In this document: positions 1 through 11,819 of the stretch, in pieces
Layout: every line of letters starts with the position of its first letter
Numbering within the stretch: position 1 is the stretch's first letter
Assembly (NCBI GenBank): GCA_024679065.1
Contig: JAGIQG010000002.1
Location: 82,894,001-82,958,000 of the forward strand
Source of the DNA: Sphyrna mokarran
Lineage: Eukaryota
Length of the DNA: 64,000 bases
Direction of reading: 5' to 3'
The notes under the pieces: model-generated
The model's database searches: none
What the model saw: only the letters and a program-made list of their open reading frames with translations
Told to the model about the DNA's origin: nothing
Program-made: the position numbers and the translations under genes

Positions 1-770
1 TGTCTTTCGTATCTTTCCTGCAGCAGCCACCACCTCCCTCTTGTGGCATTGCTGAAGAGCTGTCAGCTAGCAGCCAGGCAAGACATCTCCATTCTTGAGA
101 TCTTGATAGGGAGGAAAAGTCAGTCGCTAGTCGCTTCAATGCCTGATTGTCTCCTAACCCAGTGGCTCTTCGCCAAAGGAGATAATATGGGTCTCTCACT
201 AGCTCTCCAGTCACAGGCGAGACCCATAGTCCCGATATGAAATTCATCCCAACAGACAAAAATCTGAATTCAACCTGAAGGAATGCTCTAAATATATATC
301 AGCCCATCTGAACTGGAGGAGACTAAATTGACATTTCACAAGTGATTTTTCTAATCAATCTGCTTTTGCTCTTTGATATTTTAAGTGTTGATGTAGTGTA
401 CATGAACTTTCAGAAGACATTTGTAACATACTTGTGAGAAAAGACTTGTGAGAAAAGTCATAACTCATAGGCTAAAAAGGACAGTAGCAATGTGGATACA
501 AAATTGGTTGAATAATAGGAAGTAGAGAGTAATGGTCAATGGATATTTTTTGGGCTGGAGGAAGGTTTGTACTGGTTTCCCAAGGAATTGATATTAAGAC
601 CTTTGCTTTTCTGATAATTATTAGCAATTTAGATCTTGGTGTGTGGGAGACAATTTCAAAGATTACGAATGTTCACAAAACTGGGAAGTATTGTAAACGG
701 TGAAAAGACAATACAGAAATTCAAAAGGACATAGAGAATTTGCTGGAGCGGGCAGATGGTTGGCAGATAG

Positions 771-1157
771 GAAGGCGATGCCCCATGGTATTATTGCTGG
801 ACTATTAATTCAGAAGCTCAGCCAATGTTCTGAGGACCCGGCTTTGAATCTCGCCATGGCAGAGGATCTAATTTGAATTCAATACAAAATATCTGAACTA
901 AGAATCTACTGATGAACATAAAATCATTGTCAATTGTCAGAAAAACCCATCTGGTTCACTCATGTCCTTTAGGGAAGGAAATCTGCTATCCTTACCTAGT
1001 CTGGCCTACATGTGACTCCAGAGCCACAACATGTAGTTGACTCTTAAGTGTCCTCTGAAATGATCTAGCAAGCTACTCAGTTCAATGGTGATTAGAGATA
1101 GGCAATAAATGCTGACCAGCCAGCAATGCCCAGGTCCCATGAATGAATAAAAAAAAA
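771..1157 (+). mobile_element. tRNA-derived SINE with a conserved central block (possibly MetaSINE-type) and a Zenon-like LINE tail
   Basis: B-box-like ggctttgaatctcgcc; central ggttcactcatgtcctttagggaaggaaatctgc...ggcctacatgtgactccag; tail gcaataaatgctg...atgaatgaataaaaaa. Splits the CR1 coding frame. The superfamily name is uncertain. Confidence 0.8.
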
Positions 1158-1861
1158 TGAACTTTAATGCAAAGAAGTGTGAGGTGATGTGTACTTTGGC
1201 AGGAAGAACATGGAGAGGCAATATAAAATCAGGGGTAAAACTCTTAAAGGAGTGCAGAAGCAGGTGTTTTTGTACATTGCTGATTAAAGGTAGCAGGACA
1301 GGTGGAGAGAACAGTTGATAAAGCATATAGTATCCAAGCTTTATTAATAGCGGCACAGAGTACAAGAGAAAGGAGATTATGCTGAATTTATATAGGATAC
1401 TAGTTAGATCTCATATGGAATATTGTATTATTTCAAGCACCACATTATAGGAAGGATGTGAATGCATAGGAGAGAATGCAGAATGATTCCAGGGATGAGA
1501 AACTTCAGTGAGAGATAGTTTGGAGAGGTTGAAACTGTTCTCCTTGGAGAGAAAGCTGTCAAGAGATTTCATAGAGATGTTCAAAATCATGAAGGGACTG
1601 GATGGAGCAGAAAGGGAGAATCTGTTTCACTGGTAAAAGGATCAAGAATGAGAGATCATAGATTGAAAGTGATTTACAAAAGAAGCAAATATGATGTAAA
1701 AAAATTGCTTTTTCACATGTTGAGTGTTTTCGGGCTGGAATGTACTACCTCAAAGTGTGGTGGAAGCAGTTTTAATCAAGGCATTCAAATGGGCATTACA
1801 TGATTATTTGGTAGAAACAATGTGCAGGAGTACAGGGTGAAGGCAGGTGAATGGCATTAAG

Positions 1862-1979
1862 TAGAGATGCCGGCGTTAGACTGGGGTAAACTCAGTAAGA
1901 GGTCCGACAACACCAATTCTAAATCCAATTTTAAATCAAATAAATTGGGTGGATTTAAAATTGTTGTCAGACCTCTTAC
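1862..1979 (-). mobile_element. Short fold-back Penelope-derived (pLTR) insertion
   Basis: 14 bp direct repeat tgaatggcattaag at 1848-1861 and 1980-1993; internal inverted arms ~1893-1927 and ~1950-1981; reverse complement of the 62385-62452 terminus. Confidence 0.75.
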
Positions 1980-4784
1980 TGAATGGCATTAAGCCATAAT
2001 GCTTGTTTAGAGAACCAGTGCAAACACAATGGACCAAATGGCTTCCTTCTGCACTGTAACATTATTACTCTGTGAAGTAAGTGGGTGTCATGGATTGTAG
2101 AGAGCAGAAAATGGAGACACATCTAAATCTGGACAAAAAGAAAGACAAAATGAGAAAGAATGAAACTTAAAAACAAATGGCAAGGAGCAAAAATGATGGG
2201 AACTGAGGAGAGAAAAATGAAAGAAATAAAATAGAACACTACCAGCAAAGCTTGCAAAAGAAACTTACTGGAAAGGAAGGGAAGGTAAGGAGAGAACTGG
2301 AACAAAAGGTGGAAAATGCAGGAAATTCTTTTCAGTAAGTCTAATTTTTCAATAACAATAATATTGCTTCTCAGTGGTATTGCTCAAAATATTAATTTTT
2401 CATGCTTACTAACATTGCCGGATATATTCTGCTGCAGTGAAGCAACTTGATTAATTTGTACAACACAGGACTGTGCATTCTTTAAAAGAAAATCTTTGAT
2501 AGTTGACACCTCATTGAGAACTTACTAGTCATAATAAGCTGTTTTGCTAAAGTAAAAGGGCATATGTGTTTCACCCTTTAAGAAAGGGATTAACACATTT
2601 CAGCATTTTCTTTCAGTATGGCAATGGATTGCTGATGAATGATTGGTGTTGTAGACTGAAAGACTTATAGGGTGGAAGGTCGAGCTTACATCACAATGGT
2701 GCTGTGGAGCTGAAACACTTAACAAGGAAATAACCTTTGCTTTAAGTGAAATGCAGTGACAAATAAGCGGATGGCATAATATCCTGAACTTCTTTCCAAG
2801 GACAATATTACTCCTCAGTTGATTTGTTTTCGAGCTGCATTATTAGTAATGGCTAATGCAAATCTGAACAAAACAACAAGATAGGTAAGTGATAAATTGA
2901 GGAAATGATCAATTGATAAATGAACATGTGAATAGACAGACAATTACAGCCAAGGACAAGACCATTCCCTTGTTGATAGACATTTCAGAAAGTCAGGCTG
3001 TTGTTGGTGATTTTAATAGGTCTGGTAAAGCAAGGTCTGGTTATCATCTTGGATGAGTTCATAATTCAGCAACATTTATTCTTGCATGCTATTTATCAGA
3101 TGTTCAGCTATGCATCCTCAGTATCTGATGAGGTGAATGTGAGCCTAAAAGGAATCTTTTCCCTGCGATCACTGCCTACAAATAAATGTTATTGGGAATT
3201 CTCTTGAGTAAGGGGAAGCAAAGGGCTGGGAGCTCATAGTTTTCAGGTGAGGAATTAACATTCGAATAGAGTGTCAAAAATGGATGATATGCACAATTAA
3301 ATTGGCTGTTAACCCTTTGTCTTCATAAGTTCCTAAATAAAATTGTCACTGAGTTTCCTGAGCAGCTTTGCTCAGACTGCACTAGCCTTGAAGAGACACT
3401 ACAATGTCATTACATACAAATGAATATCAGATGGCTCTGGACACAGATCTCCTGAAGCAATAGTGGGTAAAGATCAAGGGCAGGCTACCAGTATAAAAAC
3501 GGCATTTCTGATTTCTGCCATTTAATACTAACTGTTTTGAGAGGCAGACTAATATTTCCCTGAAAGATCTTTAGTTTTACCTTATGTTAAAATAATATTT
3601 GGTTTCACTGATTCAGTATCCATAGAATGCTGATACTTTATTTATACTTAACGATGGAAATAGTGTCAATTTATATAATGCCCAATTTCCCCTTTTATTC
3701 ATTTTAACACTAAGGGAAATAAGGCTTGATATATAACAGATGACTAAATTAATATGACCCATTTTATACCATCACCAAAGTAAAATTAGACCATGTTTAG
3801 TATAACAGCAGCCCCACTGTTTATGATATGCTACAACTGGAGGCAGCTGCAGAGGAATAACCATAAGTTTTCTTGGCAGCTATTCAGTCTACTTGCCTGG
3901 CCATCTCCTGAACCATTGTCGCATGTAAGGATTGGAAAAGAGTTACATCAAAACATTACTTTTTTAAGCAAAGTGCACCGAACAAGATTTTAAAGAAGTA
4001 CAAAGATGAAAGGTGGTTAAAAAAAAATGAATGAACAAGGCATCAAAGCTGTTTACCCCCACAAATTGAAACCAATAAGTAATCATTAGCCTGTCTTAGT
4101 AATTGATAGTTACTTACAACCGTTATGTTATAAGTCCCTGATCCTGGGGTTTTTGCCAGGGTGGTCTCACATTGGCCATTCCCCCTACTTGTGAGTACAT
4201 GGAGATACATTAAGAACAAAACACTAGGCAAATATGCTGGAGTAGGCTTTTCTCAGACTCAGCAAATTAAAATTCATGAAGACAGATAGAAATGATTTTG
4301 TGTCTCAAGCAAGATGGCCCACTGATGTGAGGAAGCATATGTGTTTATCTTTTTAGATTCCACAAAGAAAAAATTAACAGATTGAATTAATGAGTGTGAT
4401 CATAACTGTTGTTCTGTTTATTCATGTGCTTTTTTTAAAAAAATAATATTAATGCTTCATTCTGGGTGAATTCCAATAAGTCCACTGAATAACACAAATG
4501 CCCTTTTCTACTGCATCTACAATAGTTTTTAACTCTTAATCTCTAATGTATTCTCCAGATGCTGCCATAGTTGGAGCTGACTATGGAATCTGCTATTGTT
4601 CGCAAGATGAAGAATAACTTAATGGAAGCCACAACATATGAAGAAAAAGTCAGTCCTCTACTTGGTTTCAATGCCATCTTTCTCAAGAACAGCTTAGCTT
4701 ACCCAATCTTTACGTGTGTGATAGAATGTGTACATAAATTTTGAGTGAATTAACTACATTTCTACATTGCGGAATGTTAAACAA

Positions 4785-5095
4785 CAATATGAACTTGCAT
4801 TTATATAGCAGCTACAATTGTAAAGTACCCTAAAGTGCATTATGGCAGAGTTATCAAACAAAATTTGTCCAAAATCACTTCAGGAAAAAGTGACTTTTCA
4901 CAACCACCAGATGTCCCAAAGAATTTTACAGTCAATGAAGTACTTTTGAAGTTAACCACTATTGTAATGTGAGAAACATGACAACTGATATCTGTAGTAA
5001 ACACTCACAATCCAGCAGTGTGGTAATGACCCAAATCAGCTGTTTTGTGTGATGCTGATTCAGGGATAAATATTGGCCAGACACTAGGGAAACTT
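4785..5095 (-). mobile_element. L2-type tail plus DeuSINE (SacSINE1-like) 3' portion
   Basis: aacttgcatttatatagc tail; caatgaagtacttttgaag...attgtaatgt; gggataaatattggccagacac, shared with the copy at 44280. Confidence 0.65.
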
Positions 5096-5834
5096 TACAT
5101 TCACACAAATGTAAAGATCAAAAAAGCTGCTTCAATTTTGCCTTCTTGAACACTCCAATCTCATTGGGCATGAGAAATTAAAGCCAGGCTTAAAAATGTA
5201 CCCCTAAAGGGCAGTTTTTCCTCAAGCCTTGTCCCTGAGGAAATCCCATTTCCTCAGATGAAAAAAATTGGCTTGGTGCATCCACTCCATTTTTACATTG
5301 CTCCAGGATTTCTTATGCTTTCTTGGGAAGCTAGAACTGGATCAGAAAAGGCTCTTTGTAGGTATGCTTTCTGACCTTCATCTTCCTGGCCATTGTCTCA
5401 GGTAACCCCACCATTCCAATTTTAGGTTCGTATCAATCCCTCACCGAGCTTCTGGTCTCATTTTCATTCCGTGATTGCATACTTCCAGTTCCATAACATT
5501 GGTCATCTTTTTCCATCTGCCACTGGAACTCTGTGCCTTTGCCTCCTCCAGCCTTGACTAATCCAATGCGCTGCCAGCCAGCCTCCTATTCTCCATGGTT
5601 TTAAAACTCCACTTGCTGCACCTATCTTATCCAGCATCCATTTCTGCTCACTATTCAACTTTGTTGACCATCTGATTGCCAAAGGCAAAGAGTGGGTTTA
5701 AGTGTTTTCATTTTAACTGTACCCCAGGATCAGCAAACAGAAGGTTCTAGTCTAAGAGACGGCAATACTATACTCAAGGAGCTGCCAAATTCCATGACTA
5801 CATGTCATCAGCATCTGCTTTATTTGGAATGGTA

Positions 5835-6125
5835 TGGTGGCACAGTGTTTAACAATGCTGCCTTGAGGCGCCAGAGACCCAGATTCAATTGTGTGGAGTT
5901 TGCACATTCTCCCCATGTTTGTGTGGGTTTTCTCTGGGTGTTCTGTTTTCCTCTCACAATCCAAAGATGCGTAGGTTAGGTTGATTGGCCAAGCTAAATT
6001 GACCCTCGTGTCAGGGATATTAGCAGAGTAAATATGTGGGGCACGGGTGGGATTGTGGTCAGTGCAGACTTGATAGGCCAAATGACATTCTTCTGCATTG
6101 TAAGGATTCTATTGATTCTATGATT
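5835..6125 (+). mobile_element. V-SINE (HE1-like), CR1-tailed type
   Basis: A-box-like tggcacagtg; V core tgtggagtttgcacattctcccc...ggtgttctgttttcct; tail ttctgcattgtaaggattctattgattctatg. Confidence 0.9.
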
Positions 6126-6857
6126 ACCAACCCTCGTGTATTCCTGAAGTTTTCAAGGATAGAACGTGCATTAGCCTGGTGCAGCCCGGAGGATTTTATC
6201 ATTTAACAACTCTTGTCATCACAGTAGCAGCTCACCCCTTTCCACCAATCACTGCTCCTGCAAACAGATATCCTGTACATCAACCTACCCCTAAAAGCCC
6301 CATCTACTCTCAGCCATCTGAGAGATCAGGACCAGCTGCTTAATCAGAAATAGTTGGGAATTGTAGGAGATTTGAAAAGATTTTGGGAGTTGGGGGCACA
6401 GATTTGGCAGTGAGAATGCTTGGGGATCGGTGAAGCTCAGGAGTCAAGATGAGTCAAGGAAACAAAGGAATGGGGGTTGGGCCTAACGTAAGCTTGGGGT
6501 AAGCAGGGAAATTGGAAAATAAGGTTGATGTTCATCAAAAGACATAGACAGCCAGAGGAACAGGGGCTGAAGGATTGGTCTCTGGAGGAGGGGAGACAGT
6601 ATGATTGGAATTGAAAAATGGAGCTCCAGTAGAAACAGAAACAGGGGCACTGAAGAATGAGGTAGGATTGTGGACTAGCATTTTCTGTGGAACAGGAGCA
6701 CCAAGCATAGCACAGTAAATGGCAGTGGTGTCAAGAGAAGGACAGCAAGTGAATGAGTGAACGAAACCTGGGGTCTGTACTGTGAGTAAATAATGAAAGA
6801 AGTCCCCTCAGATGGAAAGAGTAAATTCTCACAGGAAAAATAATGGAGGAAAGCAGA

Positions 6858-7733
6858 AGGATGACATCAAGATTGGTGGAGTATTGGATGAGGTATATGG
6901 TTCTTTTAGGTTGCAGACAGACTTTGATAGGATGCAGAGCTGGACAGAAAAGTGGCAGATGGAGTTTAACTCTGATAAGTGCGAGGTTATTCATTTTGGT
7001 AGGACAAACTTGAATGGCAGGGTTCTGAGAAATGTGAAGGAATAGAGAGGTCATGGGGCTCATATCCACAGATCTCTGAATGTTGCCACTCAAGTGGATA
7101 GGGCCATGAAGAAGGCTTATAGTGTGTTAGTGTTTATTGACAGGGGGGTTGAGTTTAAAAGCCATGAGGTTATGCTGTAGCTATTCAGGACCTCGGTGAG
7201 ACTACTTTTGAAATATTGTCTGCTGTTCTGGTCACCTCATTATAAGAAGGATGTGGAAGCATTGGAGAGAGTGCAGAGGAGATTTACCAGGATTTGGCCT
7301 GGTTTGGAGGATAGGTTTTATGAGGAAGGTTGAGGGAACTGGTGCTTTTCTGATTAGAGCAGAGGAGGATGAGAGAACACTTAATGAAGGTTTATAAGGT
7401 GATGAAGAGGATAGATAGAGTGGACGTTCAGAAACTACTTACTCACGTGGATGCAGCTGTTACTAGGGGGCATAACTATAAGGTTCATGGTGGGAGATAT
7501 AGGAAGGATGTCCGAGGTAGATTCTTTACTCAGAAAGTGGTTGGGGTGTAGAATGTACTGCCTGCTGTGATAGCGGAGTTGAAACTTTAGGAACTTTCAA
7601 GCGGTTATTGGATAGGCAAATGGAGCACACCAGAATGATAGGGAGTGGGATAGCTTGATCTTGGGTTCAGACGTAGCTTGGCACAACACAGAGGGCCGAA
7701 GGACCTGCACCGTGCTGTACTGTTCTATGTTCT
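6858..7733 (+). mobile_element. 5'-truncated CR1 LINE
   Basis: DDIKIGGVLD..LQTDFDRMQSWTEKWQMEFNSDKCEVIHFG; RGRFFTQKVV; tail gggccgaaggacctg...gttctatgttct. Confidence 0.95.
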
Positions 7734-7919
7734 AAGGAAAGATTTTGAACTGTGGGCTATTAGAGTATTGAAAATTTCACCACAACTGGTTACTGAGGCT
7801 GAATTAGAATATAATTAATAAAGGAATGAGGGGGATTAGCAGGAAATATACAGAGATCTGGGAGAATGAAGTTAAGATGAGAATGGCAGTACCACCTCCA
7901 GGCCATTTTTGATTCTTGA

Positions 7920-8260
7920 CCAATAAGGCTTGACAGGGTAAATGCTGAGAAAACATTTCCCTTCACGGAAGAGTCTACGACTGGAGGACATAGTCTCAGA
8001 ATAAAGGGGTGCCGATTTAAGATTGAAATGAGAAGTACTACTTCCCTCAGAGAGTTGTGAGTCTTTGGAACTGCTGTGGCAGCAGAGTCCTTGCAAACAT
8101 TTAAGGCTGGGATAGGTAGATTTATGATAAGTAAGGGAATCAAGGTTACAGGGAAATGGACATGAGGAATGTTGTTGGATCAGGAGTGATCGTATTTAAA
8201 GACAGGTCAGGTTCAAGGAGCTGAATGGCCTACTTCTGTTCCCATTTTTAATAGTCTTAT
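7920..8260 (+). mobile_element. CR1 3' fragment of another subfamily
   Basis: ggcttgacagggtaaatgctgag...cagagagttgtgagtctttggaa...gctgaatggcctacttctgttcc. Confidence 0.8.
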
Positions 8261-9045
8261 CGGTCAATTAAAGGATATAATAAGGTCAGTATCAATAAAC
8301 CGGCATGATCTCTTGGTGGCAGACCATAATGAGGGGTCAGTGTTTTATCCACCTAAGGAACAGCCGTCTGCCTTAGTCAATGGGACTGTCAGGTCTGTTC
8401 AATGCTGGAGGGCATCCTCTTGGTCCTTCGGCTTCAGGTGCCTACCCACTGTCTTTAATCGGGAAGCTAGAGTGTGCCCTGGCCTCTGCTTTAAACATTG
8501 TGTTGGGTATCAGGCATAACACAATGTAGATTTGGGTCCAGAAATTTGCCTGGCGTTGAAGTTCCAGAACAAAAATTCAGCACATGAGAAACAAATACAA
8601 ATCAGCTTTGTCTGCTTTTCCCAGTGCAGATTCAGACACAATCTGAGTTCAAACCAGAGTACGAAGAGATAGTGAAAGATTAGATCTGTTAAAAAGGATG
8701 TTGACTGGAAACTTGTTACATCTGGTGAATATCAGTAGGTGACAGGATTACTACTCATTACATGGAAGATATGGGGCATTACACCAATTATATCAATTGG
8801 ACATAAACCCATCACTGATTAACTATTGGTTATGAAGTTAAATCAGTGTCAGTTATTGCAGCAATTTCAATGAGTTATTATTAGTTAGTGGTTGAGTCAA
8901 AGTTCCTCCCACTTCTTGTTCCCTCTCTGAAAAATTGTCCCCATTTTCCAGTTGGTTTCCTGTCTTCATCTTGGAGTAGCTTCCAGGGTTTTCAGAACTC
9001 CTTGCACAACAGCTACTGAAATAAAACTACAACATGGTAAAATAA

Positions 9046-9248
9046 CAGGGTAGTCACTCTTTAGAAGGTAAATGAAATCACATTTACTGACATCATGTCA
9101 TCAGACAACTCATGATCAGGCATCCTATGATCAGATGCCATGTGGCCAGATGTCATGTGATGAAACATCACGTGGTCAGAAATCATATGATTGAAATGTC
9201 CTGTGAGCAAAACTACAGGAATGCATCCCATCAGAGTTGGCAACTCTA
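9046..9248. mobile_element. Possible hAT (Blackjack-like) MITE containing a 15-bp tandem array
   Basis: Right end agagttggcaactcta (reverse complement TAGAGTTGCCAACTCT); degenerate left end cagggtagtcactct; no TSD visible. Confidence 0.4.
9077..9196. repeat. Degenerate 15-bp tandem repeat, 8 units, consensus approx. ATCAYRTGATCAGAY
   Basis: Units atcacatttactgac/atcatgtcatcagac/aactcatgatcaggc/atcctatgatcagat/gccatgtggccagat/gtcatgtgatgaaac/atcacgtggtcagaa/atcatatgattgaaa. Confidence 0.8.
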
Positions 9249-9271
9249 AGCTGCATTCAAATTCTACCCGC

Positions 9272-9449
9272 GCTCCCAAGATATGCATGTTAGGTGAATT
9301 GGCCGTGCTAAATTGCTCCTGAATGTCAGAGAGATTGGCAGGGTAAATACATGTGGTTATAGGGATAGGACCGGGTGTGATTGTTGTCAGTGCAAGCTCA
9401 ATAGATGAAATGGCCTCTTCCTGCACTGTAGGGATTCTATGATTCTATG
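9272..9449 (+). mobile_element. V-SINE 3' half, CR1-tailed
   Basis: gttaggtgaattggccgtgctaaattg ... ctgcactgtagggattctatgattctatg. Confidence 0.85.
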
Positions 9450-11446
9450 TAATGTCCTCTCTCTTCTGCTGCTACTAAGCCACCAGGGATGACTGCATAT
9501 CCTGTAAGTGGTCCAGAATGAGAAATATTATCTTTCCAACCTAGACAAGAGCAGTACTCTTCAGCTATGCTGCTCCAATTCTGTGTTGGAACAAAGCGGA
9601 GCTAGGAAAGTTCACAGTGATTCATTCCATAAAGGTACGGGTAGAGTGGAAGGAAACATTTGGAATGATTCTTTGAATCTGAATACTTTTGGACATAATC
9701 ATTCCTCAAATTCTAAGAAGAAAATAAATCAGCTAACAGGATCTTTGGAGCATCAAGGCACTAATTGAAATGGGACTGTCATTTTAATCAATCTGTATTT
9801 GCATTTGGTGGGACAATGTTCATCCTTTCCCTAAAAAAAAATAATCTAGAACATTTTTATGGCATTTTTACTCTCTTACTAATCAAAGGAATATTTTTAA
9901 AACCATTCATATATAGATCCTTACTACATACATGTTTAAACATTAATGCAGACTGAAGTCAAAGGATTGCATACCTATTAAAATAAAGACTGCTTTAGTA
10001 ACGTTGACTGAATCGTGTCAAAACTATCTGGAGGATTTAGACCATTGATGCTCCAGGAAAAGAATCTGTATGAAATGCTGGACAGGAGAAAAAGTATTGA
10101 TGCAAAAAACTGCATAACTTTGATATCTCCAAATCCAAGTTATCAACCCTGAAAAAAAAAGCCTTTGAAGGTTACCACTGAAGTCAGTCTGGTGCTGTAA
10201 CACTTAACTTTTATGACCTTTTGCAGTTGAAATTGGACAAGTGTGCTGGACTTGTTCAATGAGACAGCCCTAAAGTTTCGTTATTTAGTGGAGTGCGAGG
10301 CTAATGATATCTTCAGACCAGGAGTAAACTGAACAAAGTTGCACAAACTGCAGCCTCTAATAAATACCTCTCTTTCATGTTTTGGGTTCAAAGCAGTGAA
10401 AGAGTCTGGAAAGTCTAGCATACACTGGAGAGCTAGGCTATTTCAATTAACACTTTTATATCCGGTGAGTCCGGTTGTCGGAAGGTGACAAGGTTCACCT
10501 TTGCCTTTCCATTAAGACTAATTTCAATGTCATCAGCTCTCTTATATTTTTTTCCTGATTGGAAGTGCAGTATTTTAATGCACATTTAGTCAACCTAAAT
10601 TCCCCGATAGATTCAAGGAAAATGAACTTTAAGCAGTAATATATTTACATTATTTTCTCTATATTAGAAACTTAGTTTGAATTTATAAGACCAAAGCTGC
10701 ATGCTTGCTTGCTGTCCATTCTCTTACAAAGATAACTTGAATTTCTGTGTTTTTAAGCTATTAACATTAAAATTCTACTGGACTATAAACAGATGTATTT
10801 TATAAAATCAAAACCTGGATATTGGGCATGATAAGTATGGGAGCTTTTCTGTAAATTGTATCAAGTATTTAATTAAAGATATAGGCAATCCTGTGTATTA
10901 CTTGGAAAGTGAGAAGACAACTCATCTGAAAAATGAGGCCACAGGGTTCTCAATCGCCTTATCAGGTAAAAGATATTTTACTGCTTTAAATTTTCATTTT
11001 TGTTTCTATTTGAAAAAGTTCCTTATTCTTCACAGCTTTCAAAACATATGCAAATTCAAACATGACTTGAAATTGATGTATTGTTGCTGGTCATCGGACA
11101 AGGTGATTTTGCAGATGCTCTATCACCCCTTCAGTAAGGCACTAGGTGTCACCTGATTGTCCTCCATCAAATCTAATGTGATATCATTGATCAATCATTC
11201 ATCACAATAGTTCTGCCACCATCAATCAGCCACTTCTATACATTCATCTTTGATGCTTTTGTCCCAAGCAAATCTTTACTCTTTCCCACTCAAGATGATT
11301 CCCCTGGTATGGGTCCCACTTTCACAGCAGCTGGGAAGATCCTCAGCAGAAGCATCCATCTGATCTGGAGAAGATTAGAAGAGAACAAAAGTGGTTGCAC
11401 TGGTAAACCACCATGAGTCAGCAACCTGCCAGTGACAGAACATTTT

Positions 11447-11730
11447 AAGTTTAAGTTTATTATTAGAGTCATAAGTAGGTTTGCATCAACATTGCAATGA
11501 AATCTCTTAGTTGCCACACTCTTCAGTTACACTGAGGAAGAACTTGGCATGACCAATGTGTCTAATCAGCACGTCTTTCAGATCATGGAGGAAACCAGAA
11601 CACTCGGAGGAAACCCACGCAGACATTGGGAGCACGTGCAGGCTTTGCACAGACAGTAATCCAAGCTGGGAATTGAATCTGGATCCCTGGTGCTGTGAGG
11701 CAGCAGTGATAACCACTGTGCCACCATGCC
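11447..11730 (-). mobile_element. V-SINE, Rex1-like-tailed type
   Basis: Reverse strand head ggcatggtggcacagtggttatcactgctg, V core, tail ...acttatgactctaataataaacttaaactt. Confidence 0.9.
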
Positions 11731-11819
11731 GTGGCCATGTCGTGAAGTATGTGACTATCTAGGTAGATGGTCTTGGACATTTGCTCTGAGTTTGTGGTTC
11801 TTAGAGATACCTCATGGTC

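Larger units (their letters stand above)
385..2075 (+). mobile_element. Decayed CR1 (HER1-like) LINE, RT region to 3' tail; interrupted by a SINE (771-1157) and a Penelope-derived mini element (1862-1979)
   Basis: Translates VDVVYMNFQK (CR1 VDVVYLDFQKAFD) from 387; WQM/NFNAKKCEVM is split across the SINE; ends with the CR1 tail atggaccaaatggcttccttctgcactgtaac. Many stops and frameshifts. Confidence 0.9.

Noticed and set aside
4550-4620. Acceptor-like tattctccag followed by a short open frame
   Set aside because: Early stops in all frames and no supporting upstream exon.
5692-6081. ORFs with CVEFAHSPHVCVGF / KPEHPEETH motifs (also near 11500, 29100, 48600, 57100, 62950)
   Set aside because: Recurrent translations of the V-SINE core, not genes.
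9077-9196. CRISPR-like array
   Set aside because: Contiguous degenerate units with no spacers, in a vertebrate context.
9061-9426. 121 aa minus-strand ORF with His-x4 periodicity (HMISD HVMFH HMTSG)
   Set aside because: The periodicity comes from the 15-bp DNA repeat, and the ORF begins inside a SINE.
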